Source of the DNA: Isurus oxyrinchus
Lineage: Eukaryota
Length of the DNA stretch: 64,000 nt
NCBI GenBank assembly: GCA_026770705.1
Contig: JANJGN010000151.1
Coordinates: 124,001-188,000 of the forward strand
Direction: 5' to 3'
Part shown: positions 36,757 to 51,242 of the stretch, in pieces
Layout of the letters: the number at the start of each line of letters is the position of its first letter
Position numbering within the stretch: the stretch's first letter is position 1
Notes under the pieces: model-generated
Told to the model about the DNA's origin: nothing
The model's input: only the letters and a program-made list of their open reading frames with translations
The model's database searches: none
Made by a program: the position numbers and the translations under genes

Positions 36757-37078
36757 GCGTTTCTTACACCTTGACTGTGGCTCTGTAACAGCATGGGGCT
36801 CTGTGCTCAGTGATACGCGGCAGAGTCAGGGACAAGGGTTAAATGGGCAGGTTTCTTCTTTTTATCCAAATCAGGAGAAAACCTTTCTGAGAAAATTGGA
36901 GAATCATGTCCTTGCCCATTACCAAAACTCTTCAGTAAAAATCTCGGAACACCACCGGGATATTTGATATATCAATCGAGTTTGCTGGTGGATGTGGCGT
37001 AACTACAGATCGGCGTCTGTCTTCCTTGAACCATTAATTCAGGAGGATCCTGAGACACTGAATCTTGGGCACTCGTTC
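36757..37078 (-). pseudogene. TCR V pseudogene (family C)
   Basis: GTSAQDSVSQDPPEL..ICSY..*YIKYPGGVPRFLLK..DSAAYH*AQS; RSS CATGCTG, 23 bp, AAGAAACGC. Confidence 0.85.
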
Positions 37079-38569
37079 CTGTAACAAAATCACAAAGTTT
37101 CTCGAAATTCTGGGAGTAAATAAACTCATGAATAATAGCTCGAATGCTATTATCAGAAAGAGACATGGGAGCACGTAATATCTGGTTTTGAATATGATAG
37201 AGAATCGCAGAATGTTTTAAATTTATTGACCATTCTTTCTGATATTAAAGACAGAAGGGATTCCACTTATTGTGTGAATGCGGGATTTTGGTTTGGCTTG
37301 TCTCTCTATCCCTCTGACTTTCTTTCTTTCATTTCTTCTTTCTCTCTATCTTTCTGTCTTTCTGTCTCGCGCTTTCACCACCCCCCTCTCTGTTTCTCTC
37401 TCTCTGTCTGTCTCCCTCCTCCACCCCCAATCCCCACTGTAACACGTGAAGTGGAAAATAATCAAAATCATTGCACAGACAATGGGTTGCATGACTAGTC
37501 TTAGCCGAAAGTGAATGAGGGACGTAATTAAGCGATCATGACACTGCAATGGTGAGGGGTCTTTTCAAAATTTTACCTGAAGGGTCAAGCCAGGAGATGG
37601 GGGCTCTGGTATTCATTCAGAAATCTACATATTTTTACTAAAACCGGGGGCGGGAATATCTGAACTTGACCCTAACTTAAAATGATCGAGAAATTTAAAT
37701 TTCCTTAAGACTGACAGCGATGATTCAAGCTGGACAACCCTGCCTGGATCAGGATGTATTTTCTCATTCATTTCCTTTATAATTTCCTGGGGAAGCATCT
37801 GATTTGGTTTCTTGATTCGACTGGGCACTGAATGGCCGTTACTTATCTCTGAAAATGAAACGTGGCCACACAATGTGTTAGGCGAAGTAACGGAAACAGA
37901 GTGGTCACCAGAGATGGATCTGGGAAATTATACAAAATGGTGGAATATTGTAGCAATGTTCCAATCTCACTGACCAGACATCAGGACAATAACTAAAGCC
38001 AAAATCCCACTTCCATCGTCCTAGCCTGAGCTGCAGAATGACAAATTTTGATCAATGGTACATAACGGTTGTGAGCATGGGGTGAGGTGGGGGGTGTGTG
38101 CAGGGAGCAGTGGGTCGTGTGGCGAGGAGAGGGGCGGTGGGTTGCGGAAATTAAAAACAGCGGCGAGGCTACAGAAGGCCGGTGGGAATCTCTTCAACAT
38201 TTAGATCTCTCTGAAAAAGCACATCATGTTGCAGGGGAATCAGGAAGCGCCCTCAGCTGGGCAGTACAAACCTCACCTAGAGCACTGGACATCCGCGCAG
38301 TCACATACCGATGAACACACAGCTACACACACACACACCCGAACCCCACACCCCACCCCCCCCCCAACCCCCTCACACACACACACACAACACACTTGCA
38401 CGCTTACAGATAGCCACAGTAGATCACCACACAAGATGCTGCTCATTTTTTATTAGATAAATTGCAGAAATTGTCAGAGTACAATTTATTCCATGCCACC
38501 TCGTGGGATTCAATTATTGTGTTGGTGTTTTCACTGCAGCAGATCAACCTCAAAGTCAGAAGGTGCATT

Positions 38570-39155
38570 TTTTATTATTCATTGACATGATGTGGGCTTC
38601 GCTGGCTGGGCCAACATTTATTGCCCTTCCCTAGTTGCCTTTGAGAAGGAGGTGTGGAGCTGCCTTCTTGAACTGTTGCATTCCATCTGGCGTAGATACA
38701 ACCACAGTCCTGTTAGGAAGGAAGTTCGAGCATTTTACCACAGCGGCAGTGAAGAAACGGAGATTTAATTCCAAATCAGGATGATGATTGAGAGCAACTT
38801 GGAGGGCAACATCCAGGTGGTAGTGTTCCCGACTATTTGCTGGCCTTGTCCTTCTAGGTGGTAGTGGTCGTGGGTTTGGAAGGTGCTGTCGAAGGACCCT
38901 AGGTGAATTCCTGCAGTGCATCTTTAGATGATACGCACCGCTGCTACTGTGTGTCTGTGGTGGAAGGAGTGAATTTTTGTGGATGTGGTGCCAGGCAAGT
39001 GGGCTGTTTTGTCCTGGATGGTGAAAAGCTCATTGAGTGTTGTGGGAGCTGCACTCATCCAGGCCAGTGGGGGGTATTCCATCACATTCCTGACTTGTGC
39101 CTTGTAGATCATGGACCAGCTTCGGGGAGTCAGGAGGTGAGCTGCTCGTCGCCCG
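38570..39155 (-). mobile_element. HER1-like LINE 3' end
   Basis: IYKAQVRNVMEYPPLAW.. followed by the HE1-shared tail. Confidence 0.8.
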
Positions 39156-41130
39156 ATTCTGGCGGACACTGACGGATGAGAAAGCGTTCGGCCCAACTAA
39201 ATTCTCGTTACCCTTACTCTCTGCCCCTAATTTCCATCTGATCATCCATTATCAGGTTAAAAGATTACCTCCAATTTAATTCGTCTTTATAGAAAACACC
39301 AAACCCCTACAATGCCCTCTAGCTATACAGAGGTAATTCCATATTTGTGGACTCTGTCACTCTGTGTGAAAACTGGTCCAATTGTCGTTCACTCTTTGTG
39401 CGATAACAGTCCAAAAAGACTATTTAGGTTTTTTCTCCCGACTCACAGACTTCAAGCTGAAGCACTAAACTCCTGGGTCACCTCTGCACTACCGCCAAAC
39501 TTCAATGATATCATTCTTACTTGGCTGATATAACTAAAGACGTTTCATAAAGGAATTCCTCTGACTTGTGCCCTTGTTGGCTCGATGTTAAACACCCCAT
39601 AATGTTGTTCACTTCTCCAATGCATTATTTGCCCATGTGGGGCACGATTTCAAATGAATGCACCAAACATGCTGGGCCACATTATTAAAGTTGGGAGATC
39701 CAGACGTTGAAAGGTCCGATTATGGATGGACAGCCAGTAGGTGAATTGCCAGCGATGCCCAAACCCTAGAGCGCATGCTTTATTTTTTTTTTAATAATAC
39801 TTCATTTTTATGGTTTAGTGTCACTTCAAATAAAATACATAAAAGTACAACGTCCACAATCTTTACCACTATGTAGAAAATGTCCCTTCCACGCTAAAAT
39901 AAATTTTTTAAAAAATCCATGGGCTAAATACCGGGTTTGATGATAAAAGCAAAATACTGCGGATACTGGAAATCTGAAACAAAACAGGTGGTGGAAACAG
40001 AGTCTTTGGATATTTTTAAGTCTCTTGCTAAGCAAGGGGTTGAAAGGTTATGGGATACGAAGAAGAAACATTTACTTTAATGGGTAAAGGAGGAGAAAAA
40101 ATTCAGAACCCAGATGCAGAAAGTGTGGAACAAGCTGCAGATAAAGAGTTAAAGAATCACATTAATCAACAGGGGCATGCATTGTTAAACTCAGAATCAA
40201 GAATAAAGCTGGACAGATCATTGCTGAGGACGCAGTTCAAACTCTTGGGTCAGTTTTGTGACTCTTCTTTCGTTTGGTGTCAACCTGAAATACAATGTGT
40301 GGGATGAACTGTGCACGATGTTGCCGGATGAGAGACGATCATCCTGAGCAGAAACTTGAGCAGCTGGAGATCTTTTCACCAGAACACAGAAGGTTAAGAA
40401 GTAGAATGACAGAACTGTACCCAATCAGGAAAGGTTTGGAAAAGGTTAAAAAGAGAGAGTGAACGGGTGGGTAACTCGATGGCATCATTGAAGTTTACCA
40501 TTATTCTAGTGGAGGAGAGAGTAAACCGTTTTCGTATTTTGAGAAGTGGAATGTTAGAGGATGTGATGGTTCATGAGAAACAGCGATGAAAACAAAATGT
40601 ACAAGTAATTTAGAAGACAAATAGGTCAACATTTGACCAGTAAAAATATTTTTCTTAAAGGCACAATATACGGGCAGCAGACACATGATTCACAGTAAGT
40701 GTATAACACTACGTGACAGCCAGCACACATGGGTAGTGGGTTGAACTTCCTCTCCTTCTGTTGTAAGATGACTAATGCCTCTTCTCATTTGTAAAGACAA
40801 CAGAGCACAGGCATTATGAAACACTATAACCTGGTGCAACATGCAGGAAGCAGAGAGGTTCGGAAGCAGTGGCTTTTCAAGTGGCCTACGTTTTGAGAAA
40901 CTGCCAATCGCTGGGTGGCACCAGGAATAACGTCATATAGCGACATCCCATAATTGTCCAACCGGTGAGAATATCGCCCATCAGTCTCACATTCAAAAAG
41001 AGAATGTAATGCTCTCTCCTCTCCACCTCCCCACCCCCCCTCCCCCCATTGAGAGTCCTGGATTCGGCAACAAGTCGCAGTCTGGAAATCAGACCCTGAT
41101 TGAATCTGCCCTTTGTCCATCTTCATCGTC

Positions 41131-41480
41131 ATGAACAGAAACTCCTGCAAAGACCTGATTCCAGTTGGAGCCCTATTGCTGTTGATATTGTATGAGTTTA
41201 TTTATCTCATCAGAGGTATTGTTTTTAACCAATCTGTCGGTACCCCCGTGGTGGTTCAGTGTTTTTTCTTTTGTTCACAGCCGTTTGGTGTGAGGATCAG
41301 AGCTCCCACCCTGAGTAGGTGGAGTCATGGGAAGATCAAAGGGTTGAACTGGACTGGCGGCTCTACATTGGCTCAGATGAAGAGCATCAAAAAATATTAA
41401 ATTGAATTTCCGATATTTGTTTGTTCAAAATAAAGAGATAAACAGTGAAATAACTCTGCCTCTCTGACACCAAGATAGTA
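41131..41480 (+). pseudogene. Heavily decayed V pseudogene with internal deletion
   Basis: Hydrophobic leader 41131-41215|gt; 65-bp intron; exon AVWCED..EDQRVELDW..LCLSDT. Confidence 0.5.
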
Positions 41481-41673
41481 GATATCCGTGAGAAAGATTC
41501 ATAAACGATGAGATACATAGATATGCAAATAGATAGATAGATCGGAATGTAGAGATGCAGATAAATAAATAGATAGAGAGAGATCAATAGACAGATTAGT
41601 AGATTCTGCCAACATCCGCAAGTGCTTTATCCACTCTTGTGTCATTAAGCTAATGTTATTCATGCCTGCGCAG

Positions 41674-41991
41674 TTGTTCCTAGTCACTGGAAGACATTTC
41701 AGATATCGATGTTTTGGGAAACTGTTGGACAAACCATTTTGCTTCATCACAATGTTATATTCACGAAAAATGATATTGTATTCTGGTAATGGCAATTCTC
41801 CAATCAAGCTCCCGAGTATCTCGTTTCCACTTACAGCAATGAAAGAGTTGAGGGAAAGTTTAAAATAGGGGTGGACCGTGAGAAAAGCTCCATCACTCTC
41901 ACTGTTGACATGGTTCAGCTGTCAGACGCTGCGTGTACTACAGTACAGAGAGGCATGGTGAAATAAGGGGAGGAGGAGCTGTACAATAATT
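41674..41991 (+). pseudogene. TCR V pseudogene (family E, no cysteines)
   Basis: GQTILLHHN..FW*WQFSNQAPEYLV..VQLSDAA-YYSTER; RSS CATGGTG, 22 bp, ACAATAATT. Confidence 0.82.
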
Positions 41992-44428
41992 CACTCAACA
42001 TGGGGACTGAGGAGAAAACAAGCCCATGGGCTTTAGAAGTAAGTGTGATGGAAGTGAAATTGGTAAACGGAAAATGCAAAGTTGATCATACGAAGAAATT
42101 ACTGCCGTAAAATTTCACTTTTTTATTCCTAATCGTAGAAAAATACTCTGATACATTCGCTTATTGAAATTTGGTTGACATTCCTGTTTTATGATTAGGG
42201 GGCTTAGAAGCATTCCATTCTTTAGAAATTTACAATCCAACCTCATAACTTGTGGGTTTATGAATTTATTAATGAGAACCTCATCTATGTGTGCAAATGA
42301 CATGCACTGTACTAATGACGTAGGCATGTTAGAAAACAGACAAATAATCTTGCAACTAATATGAAATAGCACATATAGCAAAAGCAAAAGAATGAAAAAA
42401 GGCATCAGGTGCAGTAATAATAAAATCTGAGCAAAAAAAAAATAATAAGATGCCATAATAATTATCCACCAATATCATGCAGCAATATTCGAGAATAAGT
42501 TGAGAATCGTTGTTTCACAGACAGGGTTCCACTAGATGGCGCTTCAAATCCTTTTATCTGTCCAAAAGTGACAGAGCCGTCAGTTCACCGCTGTCACAGG
42601 TGACCGCTGGGCATTACAGGAAATATATTGATGACACTTCACCGCAAACGATAGTGTATTTAGGGCAAGAGCCTATGTATGAATTACGCATGGAAGAAGG
42701 TCTTCGTGAGCACTGGCAGTGTCCATACTTTTGGGTCAGAAGCTTCAAGTTCAAGTCTCAATTCAGGACATTATGGCCACAGAAAGTCAGTTCCTAACGT
42801 GGTCAAAAAGGTTGCTTATCAGTTTGTAAATGCTTCCAATATGCTTGATGGTAGGTGACAAGAGAGGAGAGATTCTTGGTCAGTAATACTGCAGAAAGCA
42901 ACGACAAACAACTGCAGTACCTTGCAAACATAATCATAGCCCAATCCAATGTAAGTCCATGGTCATCAACGGCCTCCTAAGGTATGGCAGTTGAAGGAGG
43001 AGGGGGATGGCACAGAGGACTTAGAGGATGAACACTATGAATCATTGTATTCCAATGTCACTGGGTTGTCTGAATAAGCAGGTTGGCACAATGTTTAGCA
43101 GGTTTGCTCAATGCGCCTTAGAGTAAGAGGTGTCCATCAGCTCGTTACCGAATGTTCTGGTTACTATTTTCTGCAAGTTGAAATGATCTGGAAAACACCT
43201 GGCCTCACAAATTCCTTTGCTCCAGGATCAGAGTGACAACCTATCCTGGCAGAGAATTAAACATTCCCGTTTTCCTTTGTGGAAATAATGTTTCCAATAT
43301 CGCAACAGTGAGTGCACTGGAAACGTACTTCCTGAGGTTGGAAAGGCTTCTGGAAATCCTGAGTTGGAAAAGCGTGACATCAGGAAAAGTCTTTCTTTCT
43401 CTTGTTGAGTGACATTTGGTTCCAGGGGTTACGCTTATCGTTTCCTGTTGCCACGGGGACCAGTAAAGTTTATTTTTCAGTTTTCTTTTCTTTATTTCAA
43501 TCCGTTTTTCCTGGATTGAGTTGATGAACAGTCACCACCTCCTGCAGTTTCCCAGATTCTGAGGCCGATTTGTTCAGAGATACTTTCCGCTCAATAGGAC
43601 ACCAGCAGCCTGTCAGTAAGGACAACCCGGGAACTTACCGAGGAGGCCCCCATGGAAACTGACCTCCTGTTCTGGGAGAAAAGGTGACCGAGGCGCCAAT
43701 TGACGGCTGCCCAGCTACCTGCCATTAGGTCACTCACATCTAGAAAAGCTTTGCACTCATCTATTGTCCATTTTATATGTATTATTAAAAGATACAGATG
43801 TCTAAGAATTAACCATACAGGGGTTAACCTGAGAGCTCTACTTGTCAGGCGAAGTTCTGTTCTCATCATTATTGCCCCTGAAACAAAAGGTTCAGGCTTC
43901 CATTCCCATCCCCCACCCACACTTTCCCTCCTCCCCCACCAAGGTCTTGAGCCCCAGGATCAATGCTGTTACCCCGGTGCCGCCCTCAGGGAATGGTGCA
44001 GTCAGAGGTACCGGGTTTCAAATGAGATGTTCAATCGATGGCACTGTTTGCCCTCTCAGCATCATAGATCGCACAGCCACTTTCTCGAGGACAGGAGAGG
44101 AATTGCCCCGGTCAGTCATCATTACTGAAAGAGGCCGGCCACTTACTGAAGTCTTTTACTGGGCAAGAATTGGCTGCTGCCTTCTCTACATTATATTATA
44201 ACAGTGACTGTGAAACATTTTGGAACATGAAGAAAAGAATCATATAATTATTGTATTATCTTTTGCTAATATGCCCGCATTAAGATTGTTTCATGATAAA
44301 ATTATTAAGAATAAAACTATAAATTAGAAATAAATGTATAAATGTCACTACGATTTAAGTAAGTAGTTCAGACTCACCTCGATCACAATGTTTGCGCCTT
44401 GCTCCGTAATGTTGAGTGTCGTTCTGAC

Positions 44429-44751
44429 AGTTTTCGTATAGGTTCAGCCCTGCTCTGTGTGTCTGTGGGGTACAGCGTGCAGTGATACACCGCAGAGCCT
44501 GACAATTCTGTTTTAGACACTTTCATTGAGCTCCGCTGAAAAACGGTCTCCGGGGAATATCTCTGTGTTAGCCATGTATCTGTTTCTCTTCAGTAGATAC
44601 TCTAGGAATCCACTGGGATACTGACGATACCAGAATAGATAAGGATTGATGCTGCTTGTAGCTGTATAATTACAGAGCAGCTGAACATCGTCTCCTTCAC
44701 TCACTGTGACTGCAGCCGGTGTCTGTGAAACAGAGCCTCCTCCACAATGTC
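44429..44751 (-). pseudogene. TCR V pseudogene with FR3 deletion and stop
   Basis: GHCGGGSVSQTP..LLCNY..LFWYRQYP..DRFSAELNESV*..SAVYHC; RSS CACAGAC, 23 bp, ACGAAAACT. Confidence 0.9.
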
Positions 44752-45307
44752 CTATAAGAGCCAAGAGCGATATTCAATTAAACGATGTCACTTCACTATG
44801 TCTATGCCCCAAAATCGGCCTGTCACCCGGAACCTGAGAAATAAATCATGGCAGCTAAATAGAAATATATTTCCTGCAGCTCAGGTGCTGTAAAGGGAAG
44901 GTGCTTGGATCGATTCAATAAAACGTTCCTGAGTGAACATTGAGATCAGTTCCTCACCGTCATCTCCGGTGATTTGAAGGGAAAACTGGGAACAGTCGGA
45001 GGGTTTCGTTCGAACTCTTGTATCTGCCAAAGTCTCTCAAGCGCACAAGTGGAGTCTAGGATCCCAGCCCAACTCCTCTGCTCTCAATCACTCCGGGAAT
45101 TTCGCCTACTTCTCCCAAGACAGTGTTCCGTGTTGGTACGAGGTGGATCGGGGCGATTTTTCACATTTTGGATCAATCTATTCCCCGCCCCACCCCCACC
45201 CCCCCGCCCCCCCCCCCCCCCCCCCCCCTGTGTAGACTGAACTACCCAATTAAATGTAATGGTAGGACGGGATGTAAAACGCAGAGTTTCGCAATTTGTG
45301 AACCTAT

Positions 45308-45560
45308 CAACTAAAAGAGCTGCCGCTGTGAAGAATAAGTTCAAAGCAACGGGCGACATGTTTGCAGAGAGCTCGCGGTGGATATGACTAGAATCGGCTG
45401 AAGCTGAAATTATTTTCGCCAAGAATTGGTGAGAAGTTGAGTGACATCCGCATCGCTGCTGATTGGATCATTGCTGACAGCGTCATCAGGTTACATCCAT
45501 TCAGCTGAAAACGCCTTTGTTTTCAATTCAATCAATTAGCTCACAGCTCCTTTGATCTCC
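45308..45560 (-). pseudogene. Family-D promoter and leader with dead splice donor; no cognate V exon
   Basis: MSPVALNLFFTAAALLV G|at (45359-45308); upstream sequence homologous to 16270-16440 and 52230-52420. Confidence 0.7.
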
Positions 45561-46715
45561 GATTCATACAACAGGGAATGAGGCAGGGTTTATACCCAAT
45601 GTTGGCCCTATAACGATTCAATCAGTCAGGCGGAGGAAGAGAAGGAAAGCAGTGAATGCTGTTCTACTTTCAGAACCGGAGCCCCAATTGCTCCTGTCTG
45701 ACTATGAAGACTCCCCATAGATGATACACGCGGCCACTGGCTCCTGAGGAATTTGAATACAACAAAGCGGCAAATAGAAAAATACCACATTTGAAATGAA
45801 TTCAACGATGGAAGAGGAGTGATTGACTGTTTGACGGATCCAGGGTGTACGAACACCTCATGCGCTCAGTAGTCATGGCTGAATTGATCATTAGAAATAT
45901 TTACAGCTTGCCTATTTTAGCAATTACCATGTTTGCAGAAATGCATTAGTTAACTAGGGCAACCATTGGATTCCACTGGAAATTATTGCTTGCACTTAAA
46001 TTTTTGTGATTCAATGACCTCGTCAAGGTACCTTCGACAGTATGTCTCAAACCCTCAATATTTTCCACCTGAACAAAGAGAATATCAGCTCCTGCAATTT
46101 CTCCTCCCAGCCACATACCATCCTGAGGTGGAATTATATCGCCGTTCTTTCATTGTCACTGGGTCAATATACCGGAACTCCCCCCTAACATCACGAACAC
46201 AACATCCCATCACAACAACAAATGAACCATAGCGATTCAAGAGGGCGGCTCGCCAGCACTTACTGAAGGGAAATTAATTGATGAGCAAGAAATGCTGTTC
46301 TTGCCAGCGACGCTCAACTACATGAAACAATAAAAAAGAGGTTTCAGCCTTCAACGAATCCCGTCAGCCAAACAAACAGCCAACCCATCATCCAAGTGCA
46401 CCCTGGACTCTGTCGATTGGTCCGTGCCGATTACCTGAATATGTTTAGGTATAAGGAAGGTACTTTACCTGCAACGTTAAATCTGTTAATATTTCCACAG
46501 GTGCTGCCTTTTTCATAATCCACGCTATTACTGCCCTCTGGTGGCCCTTACTTAACAATCTTCTCAAACTCAGTTCAGAGAAAGTGGGTGGCTCAAGGTA
46601 ATGAACAGTGGAACCTGGCAGATTTTCTATGTAATTGTTTTTTGATGGCGTTCACATCTAGTCTCCGCTAGAAGTTACATCAGCAGGCAAAGTTCCTGAT
46701 TTACAAATTGGCGGG

Positions 46716-47167
46716 AGTAGCTGTATGAGGGTTGAACTGGTTTCCAACATTGTGAGTCTAAGAGAGCAATAATAAACTACAGCTTTGTTCAGCTGAAGAT
46801 GCTGAATTTTGTCAAGTTGGCAAGTGTGCACTGTAAACCAGATTTCAGCAAAATGCGCTTTATCTTCAGAGTAGTTTGGATATTTTATCAGATTAAGCAC
46901 TGGCTGTGTTTCAGTTTCTGGCTGATATCAGTTGCCTCTCCATGTATTATTATCGGTGCCTTTTAAGTTCACCGGTTATCCTTTCCTCACTCCTGAGGAC
47001 AGCGGCTGCATTACAGAACCTCCGTGACTCAGACCTGATAAAGACGCTACAACAGGAAAAGATAAAACAGACGGGTAGCTTTGCCTAGATGAAGTAAACT
47101 TATGAAAATCAGATTCCTCACCACCAGGTGCCGTCTAAACTAAAAAGATGAATAAGTATAAATGCAG
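46716..47167 (-). pseudogene. TCR V pseudogene related to the 14.3-kb V
   Basis: Broken leader 47167-47122; exon from 47034 GLSHGGSVMQ..AVVYYCSLRL with stops; RSS CACAATG, 23 bp, ACAGCTACT. Confidence 0.82.
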
Positions 47168-48122
47168 TAGAGTTTCGAACTGGAAATTGTTGAACTCACT
47201 CCTGAGTTCCGAAGGCGAACAAGTGTTGTAAAGAAGCACCCTGTAGTGCAATGTTGCCGCCGCCAGAAGGTAGTGAGATACCATGTTGTTTTCAGTGACA
47301 GGGCAATTCCCGACTCACAATTGTCCAGTAACTTCATTGACAAAATGTGATTAAACGAACAAATGACGAAATAGAGGCATTAATTTAACGCTGGTGGCCA
47401 ACTTGTATTTGTTTTAGCGAAATATACTTTTATGAGTTGCCAATGTTGGTGTGTTGCAAATATCCAACAGAAAATTTTGCACTGCATCCATGTGGGGCAG
47501 CACACGAGTTTAAACTATAAAATGAGCTTTTGAGACGCATGTCAAGAGAGATTCCTGTTGTCACACTGAAAGTGATCACACTGTGGAATAAAGATTCAAC
47601 TAGAATGAGGGAGGAAGATACACTGGGATCGTTGAATGCTGCAATTGAAAGCGAGGTACAGGGCCTCTCCAGATAGGGGTGCTATACAAGGACGAAGGGA
47701 ATAGCTGTTCTCATTTACAATTCTCCTGTGAAATGCAGATTGGCGGGAATTGACTTGAACGATTGTACCATGCAGTTACCAATGCATACCATCAGAGAGC
47801 AGTGTGAATCTTTGAGAAATATTGAATGTGTGCGGCCCGGTATGAACTCACAGAATACGTTAGCCGGAGTCAGTGTGAAATATTGAATATGGGCGAGTCA
47901 ATCCCAAGACCCGGTCTCTTTAGTTAATTCAACAGAAGATTCCCTCTGAATAGGACCTGAAGCTGGTGTTTTGCTCCTTGTTAATTCTTCTGAATATAAT
48001 ATTCATCTCCCGGCTCTAACTCCGAAGTCAATGGACAATTGGTCCAGCTGGTGTTTCATGTACTCTGATAATGCTCCGGATTTACAGAGCCCGTTTGCTG
48101 TTTTCCACCCTGATCTGCACGG

Positions 48123-48420
48123 ATGTGACATGTGAAGATGAGGTGATGCAACCCCCTGGGCGGGTGATTGTTAGTGAAACGGGAATCATGTTTATGAACT
48201 GCACCATCACTATTGCATTTGACATCGTGCGTTGGTAAAGACAACCCCCAAATCAGCTGCCCCAGCATCTGGTGATGGCAACAAGAGGAGCCAATCAACG
48301 CGATCAATCGTTGTAGACAACAAGCTCAGTGTCCTGACTGTGAGGGGCGCCCGGGTTACAGACACGGCCACTTATTTGTGCGCTGTAAACCACAGTACAA
48401 CGAGCATATGTACAGAAACC
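48123..48420 (+). pseudogene. TCR V pseudogene (family F) with a 14-bp-spacer RSS
   Basis: DVTCEDEVMQPP..MNCTIT..RW*RQ..VTDTATYLCAVN; CACAGTA (48391-48397), 14 bp, ACAGAAACC. Confidence 0.85.
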
Positions 48421-50151
48421 TGCGCCTTCTGGGAGAGCCGCTCTGTTGTTATCGGAGGATCAGCGTTTCCAGTATCTCAAGATTTACAAGGGGGTGAGAA
48501 ATGAGCAGAGTCGGAAACATAAACGCAGAAAAAGCCAGAATGAGTGAGAGAAAAACAGAAAGCTAAAAAGTGCAGTAATAGAACATGACGAGAACAGAAT
48601 TTTAGGAATCTATAGAAAGTGCAAAATAACGAGTGTAATATGCAGAGATTTTAGGTCTGGGAAAATCATAAATCAAGTGAATCATAAATAAAGTAAGAAG
48701 CCCTTTCCTTTAACATCCCTCATATTTCCCTGATAACGTTACGAAGAGAGCAGCTGAGAAACTAACATGCCAATTATTTATCACTGTGAACCTGACTTCA
48801 GTGTTCAGGGCCATCAATGGTAACAATAGAACTGAAAACTATTGAATAAAACAGCAGATCAAATGTAGAATACTAAAAACTCTTGACCATTCAGATCACT
48901 CAGGAACGCATTGACCTGTTGGTCACTTTCAGATGTTCATTGTATTTCGTTACATTTTCTAATGTATCAGGATTTTTATCCTCTGTAACTTTTTTGTGTT
49001 ATGACTGCCTTACAACATCTCGTCTCCATTGCTCATACCACAACGATCAAGAAATGACAAAGAAAAATAGTAATAACTGAAAATATCTATGTTAGTGCTG
49101 CCATATTACATTTCCTTCATAATCTATTGTTGGAAACCGATGCTCATGTTACAAACAGCAAGAGGAACTTGGTTGAACTCACATATTTCATCATGTCTTA
49201 TCTCCCCAATCGGTATAATTGCCATAGTGTAGCTTCTGTTTGCTTTCTCTGAAAAAAGCTAGTCAAAAGCCCAGCTGTGCCGAATGTGGGTAAAGAGACG
49301 ATGGGAGGACAGAGGCTGAGCAGGGTAATGAAGCAAATGGTCTTAAAGGCGAAGGCGAGCTGCTTTCATCCCAGCCCTATGTTCTTAGTTTTATTGTACC
49401 TATTTTCTTGTTATGGGCAATTATGGCAAGGCCAGCATATATTATCCATCCCTAATTTCACATAAGAATATTGTGCTGAAGCTTCACCTTGAACTGCCAG
49501 AACATGCATCATGAATGTTTTCCTCCAGTGCTATTCTGGAGATAGTTTCGGGAATTTAGCCGAGAGCCAACACAAGGAACTCCAGCTTGTGCCGGGATTA
49601 GCATTGGGTGTGATACATAGAATTGCTGGATAATACAGCACAGGAAGAGGTCATTCGGCCAAACGTTCCCGTGCTTTCCAGTCTGCAATAGCTATCCGAT
49701 AAGACCAACTACATGGCCTTTCCCCCTAGGCCTGCAGTTTACCTTTTTCAAATATGAATCAATTACTTATTATTGTATCTGCTCCCACCGCCTTTCAGGC
49801 AGTGCTTTCAAGATCATCGCAACTCACTTTGAAAATAATCATAAATTACCCCTGGATTTTTCTGTCAATTACCTTGAATCAGTATCCTCCCATCGGCGTT
49901 CCTGCTGCGTGCAGGAATAATTTTTCCTCATCTACGTTTTGAAATCCTTTCATAAATTTGGTCCCCCCAATTAGTATTCCACTTAATCTCCACTGTTCCG
50001 AGGAAAACAATTCAGTTTCTCTACTCATTTCGCGTAACTGATGTCCATGATCCTTGACGCCATTGTGGCAGAACATGGAAACATATGTTTTTTCATCATT
50101 TTCCCAATGAAACATTTTATTTTTCACTGTGGCAGATGCCTTTGCTTAACT

Positions 50152-50316
50152 CAGTAGGTCTGACAGCATCTGCGGAGAGGAAAAGAGTTGACGTTTTGGA
50201 CCGACTCGAAACGTCAACTGTATTTCTTTCCGCAGGTGCTGTCAGACCTGCTGAGTTTTTCCAGGTATTTTTTGTTTTTGTTTCAGATTTCTGGCATCCG
50301 CAGTATTTTGCTTTTA
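50152..50316. mobile_element. Fold-back Penelope terminal fragment
   Basis: Inverted plus forward terminus; 13-bp TSD cctttgcttaact at 50139-50151 and 50317-50329. Confidence 0.85.
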
Positions 50317-50951
50317 CCTTTGCTTAACTGTTTGCCTGCAGTTTGATGATGTTTTTGCACGGACTGGAGCGGCGTTGAAGCTCCCAGACTCTCAATCAGC
50401 AGAAATAGAATGTGTTGCCTTTCGCCTCCGCCGTAGAAATTGACAAATGGATAAAATGTTAATGATCATGATGACAAGCATCGAATTTCCCTTTCGCAAA
50501 CTCGCAATCCGTGCAATATCAAGGAACAATATAAACTGGGATGTCTGGTTCGGGTACAGCCGGTACCAGAGCGATCCGGATCATCAGAATTGGAAGTGTA
50601 ATTACAGTTCAATTGTGGATTATCTCTCTCAGATAACTTCAACTCATGTTGACGCTGCGTTACCCAGCTCCGACGGATTTTGCCTGGAAAATAGCATAGA
50701 AAATATTAGTTAACACACTTACAGATTATGAGCATTCCACCCAACGTGGGGAACATCAATCACAACCTACCTATAACAAGGGGCATTGGAGCATTCAGGC
50801 CAGAGAATAGAAAGCATCTCAGTAATTAAATATTGCAGGAGGCAGCATGTAAATTCACATCAACACAGGATGCCCCAATATACTTTTAAAAAGGACATGA
50901 GAAACATGTCAACAGCAACATCTCTAAAGTGCTGGATATATATTGCGGACT

Positions 50952-51242
50952 TACGAAGGGCAGACAATAATACTGAACTGCAGTTACGCAACAAAATACA
51001 CTATATCAACGCTCTTTTGGTACATCCAGTATCGCGGGGAAGTTCCTAGGTATTTACTGAAGGGTTATAACTAGGGGAAGGGATTGTTTCTCCAGATTTC
51101 CCTGACCGGTTTTCCGCTGAATTGGACCAAGACAACAAAACACTTCCTTTAAATATCGCTGGGGCTCGTGTCTCTGCCGTGTATCAATGTGGAGCAGAAT
51201 TGTCACAGGTTGGTCTGTAAAACGACAGAACGCACAAGCCAA
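50952..51242 (+). pseudogene. TCR V pseudogene (family C), 5'-truncated
   Basis: EGQTIILNCSY..LFWYIQYRGEVPRYLLK..*..PDRFSAELD..AVYQCG; RSS CACAGGT, 23 bp, ACAAGCCAA. Confidence 0.87.

Noticed and set aside
40200-40424. Leader-like exon with an SLNC-containing exon on the minus strand
   Set aside because: No ATG, wrong intron phase, and no WYxQ, YYC or RSS
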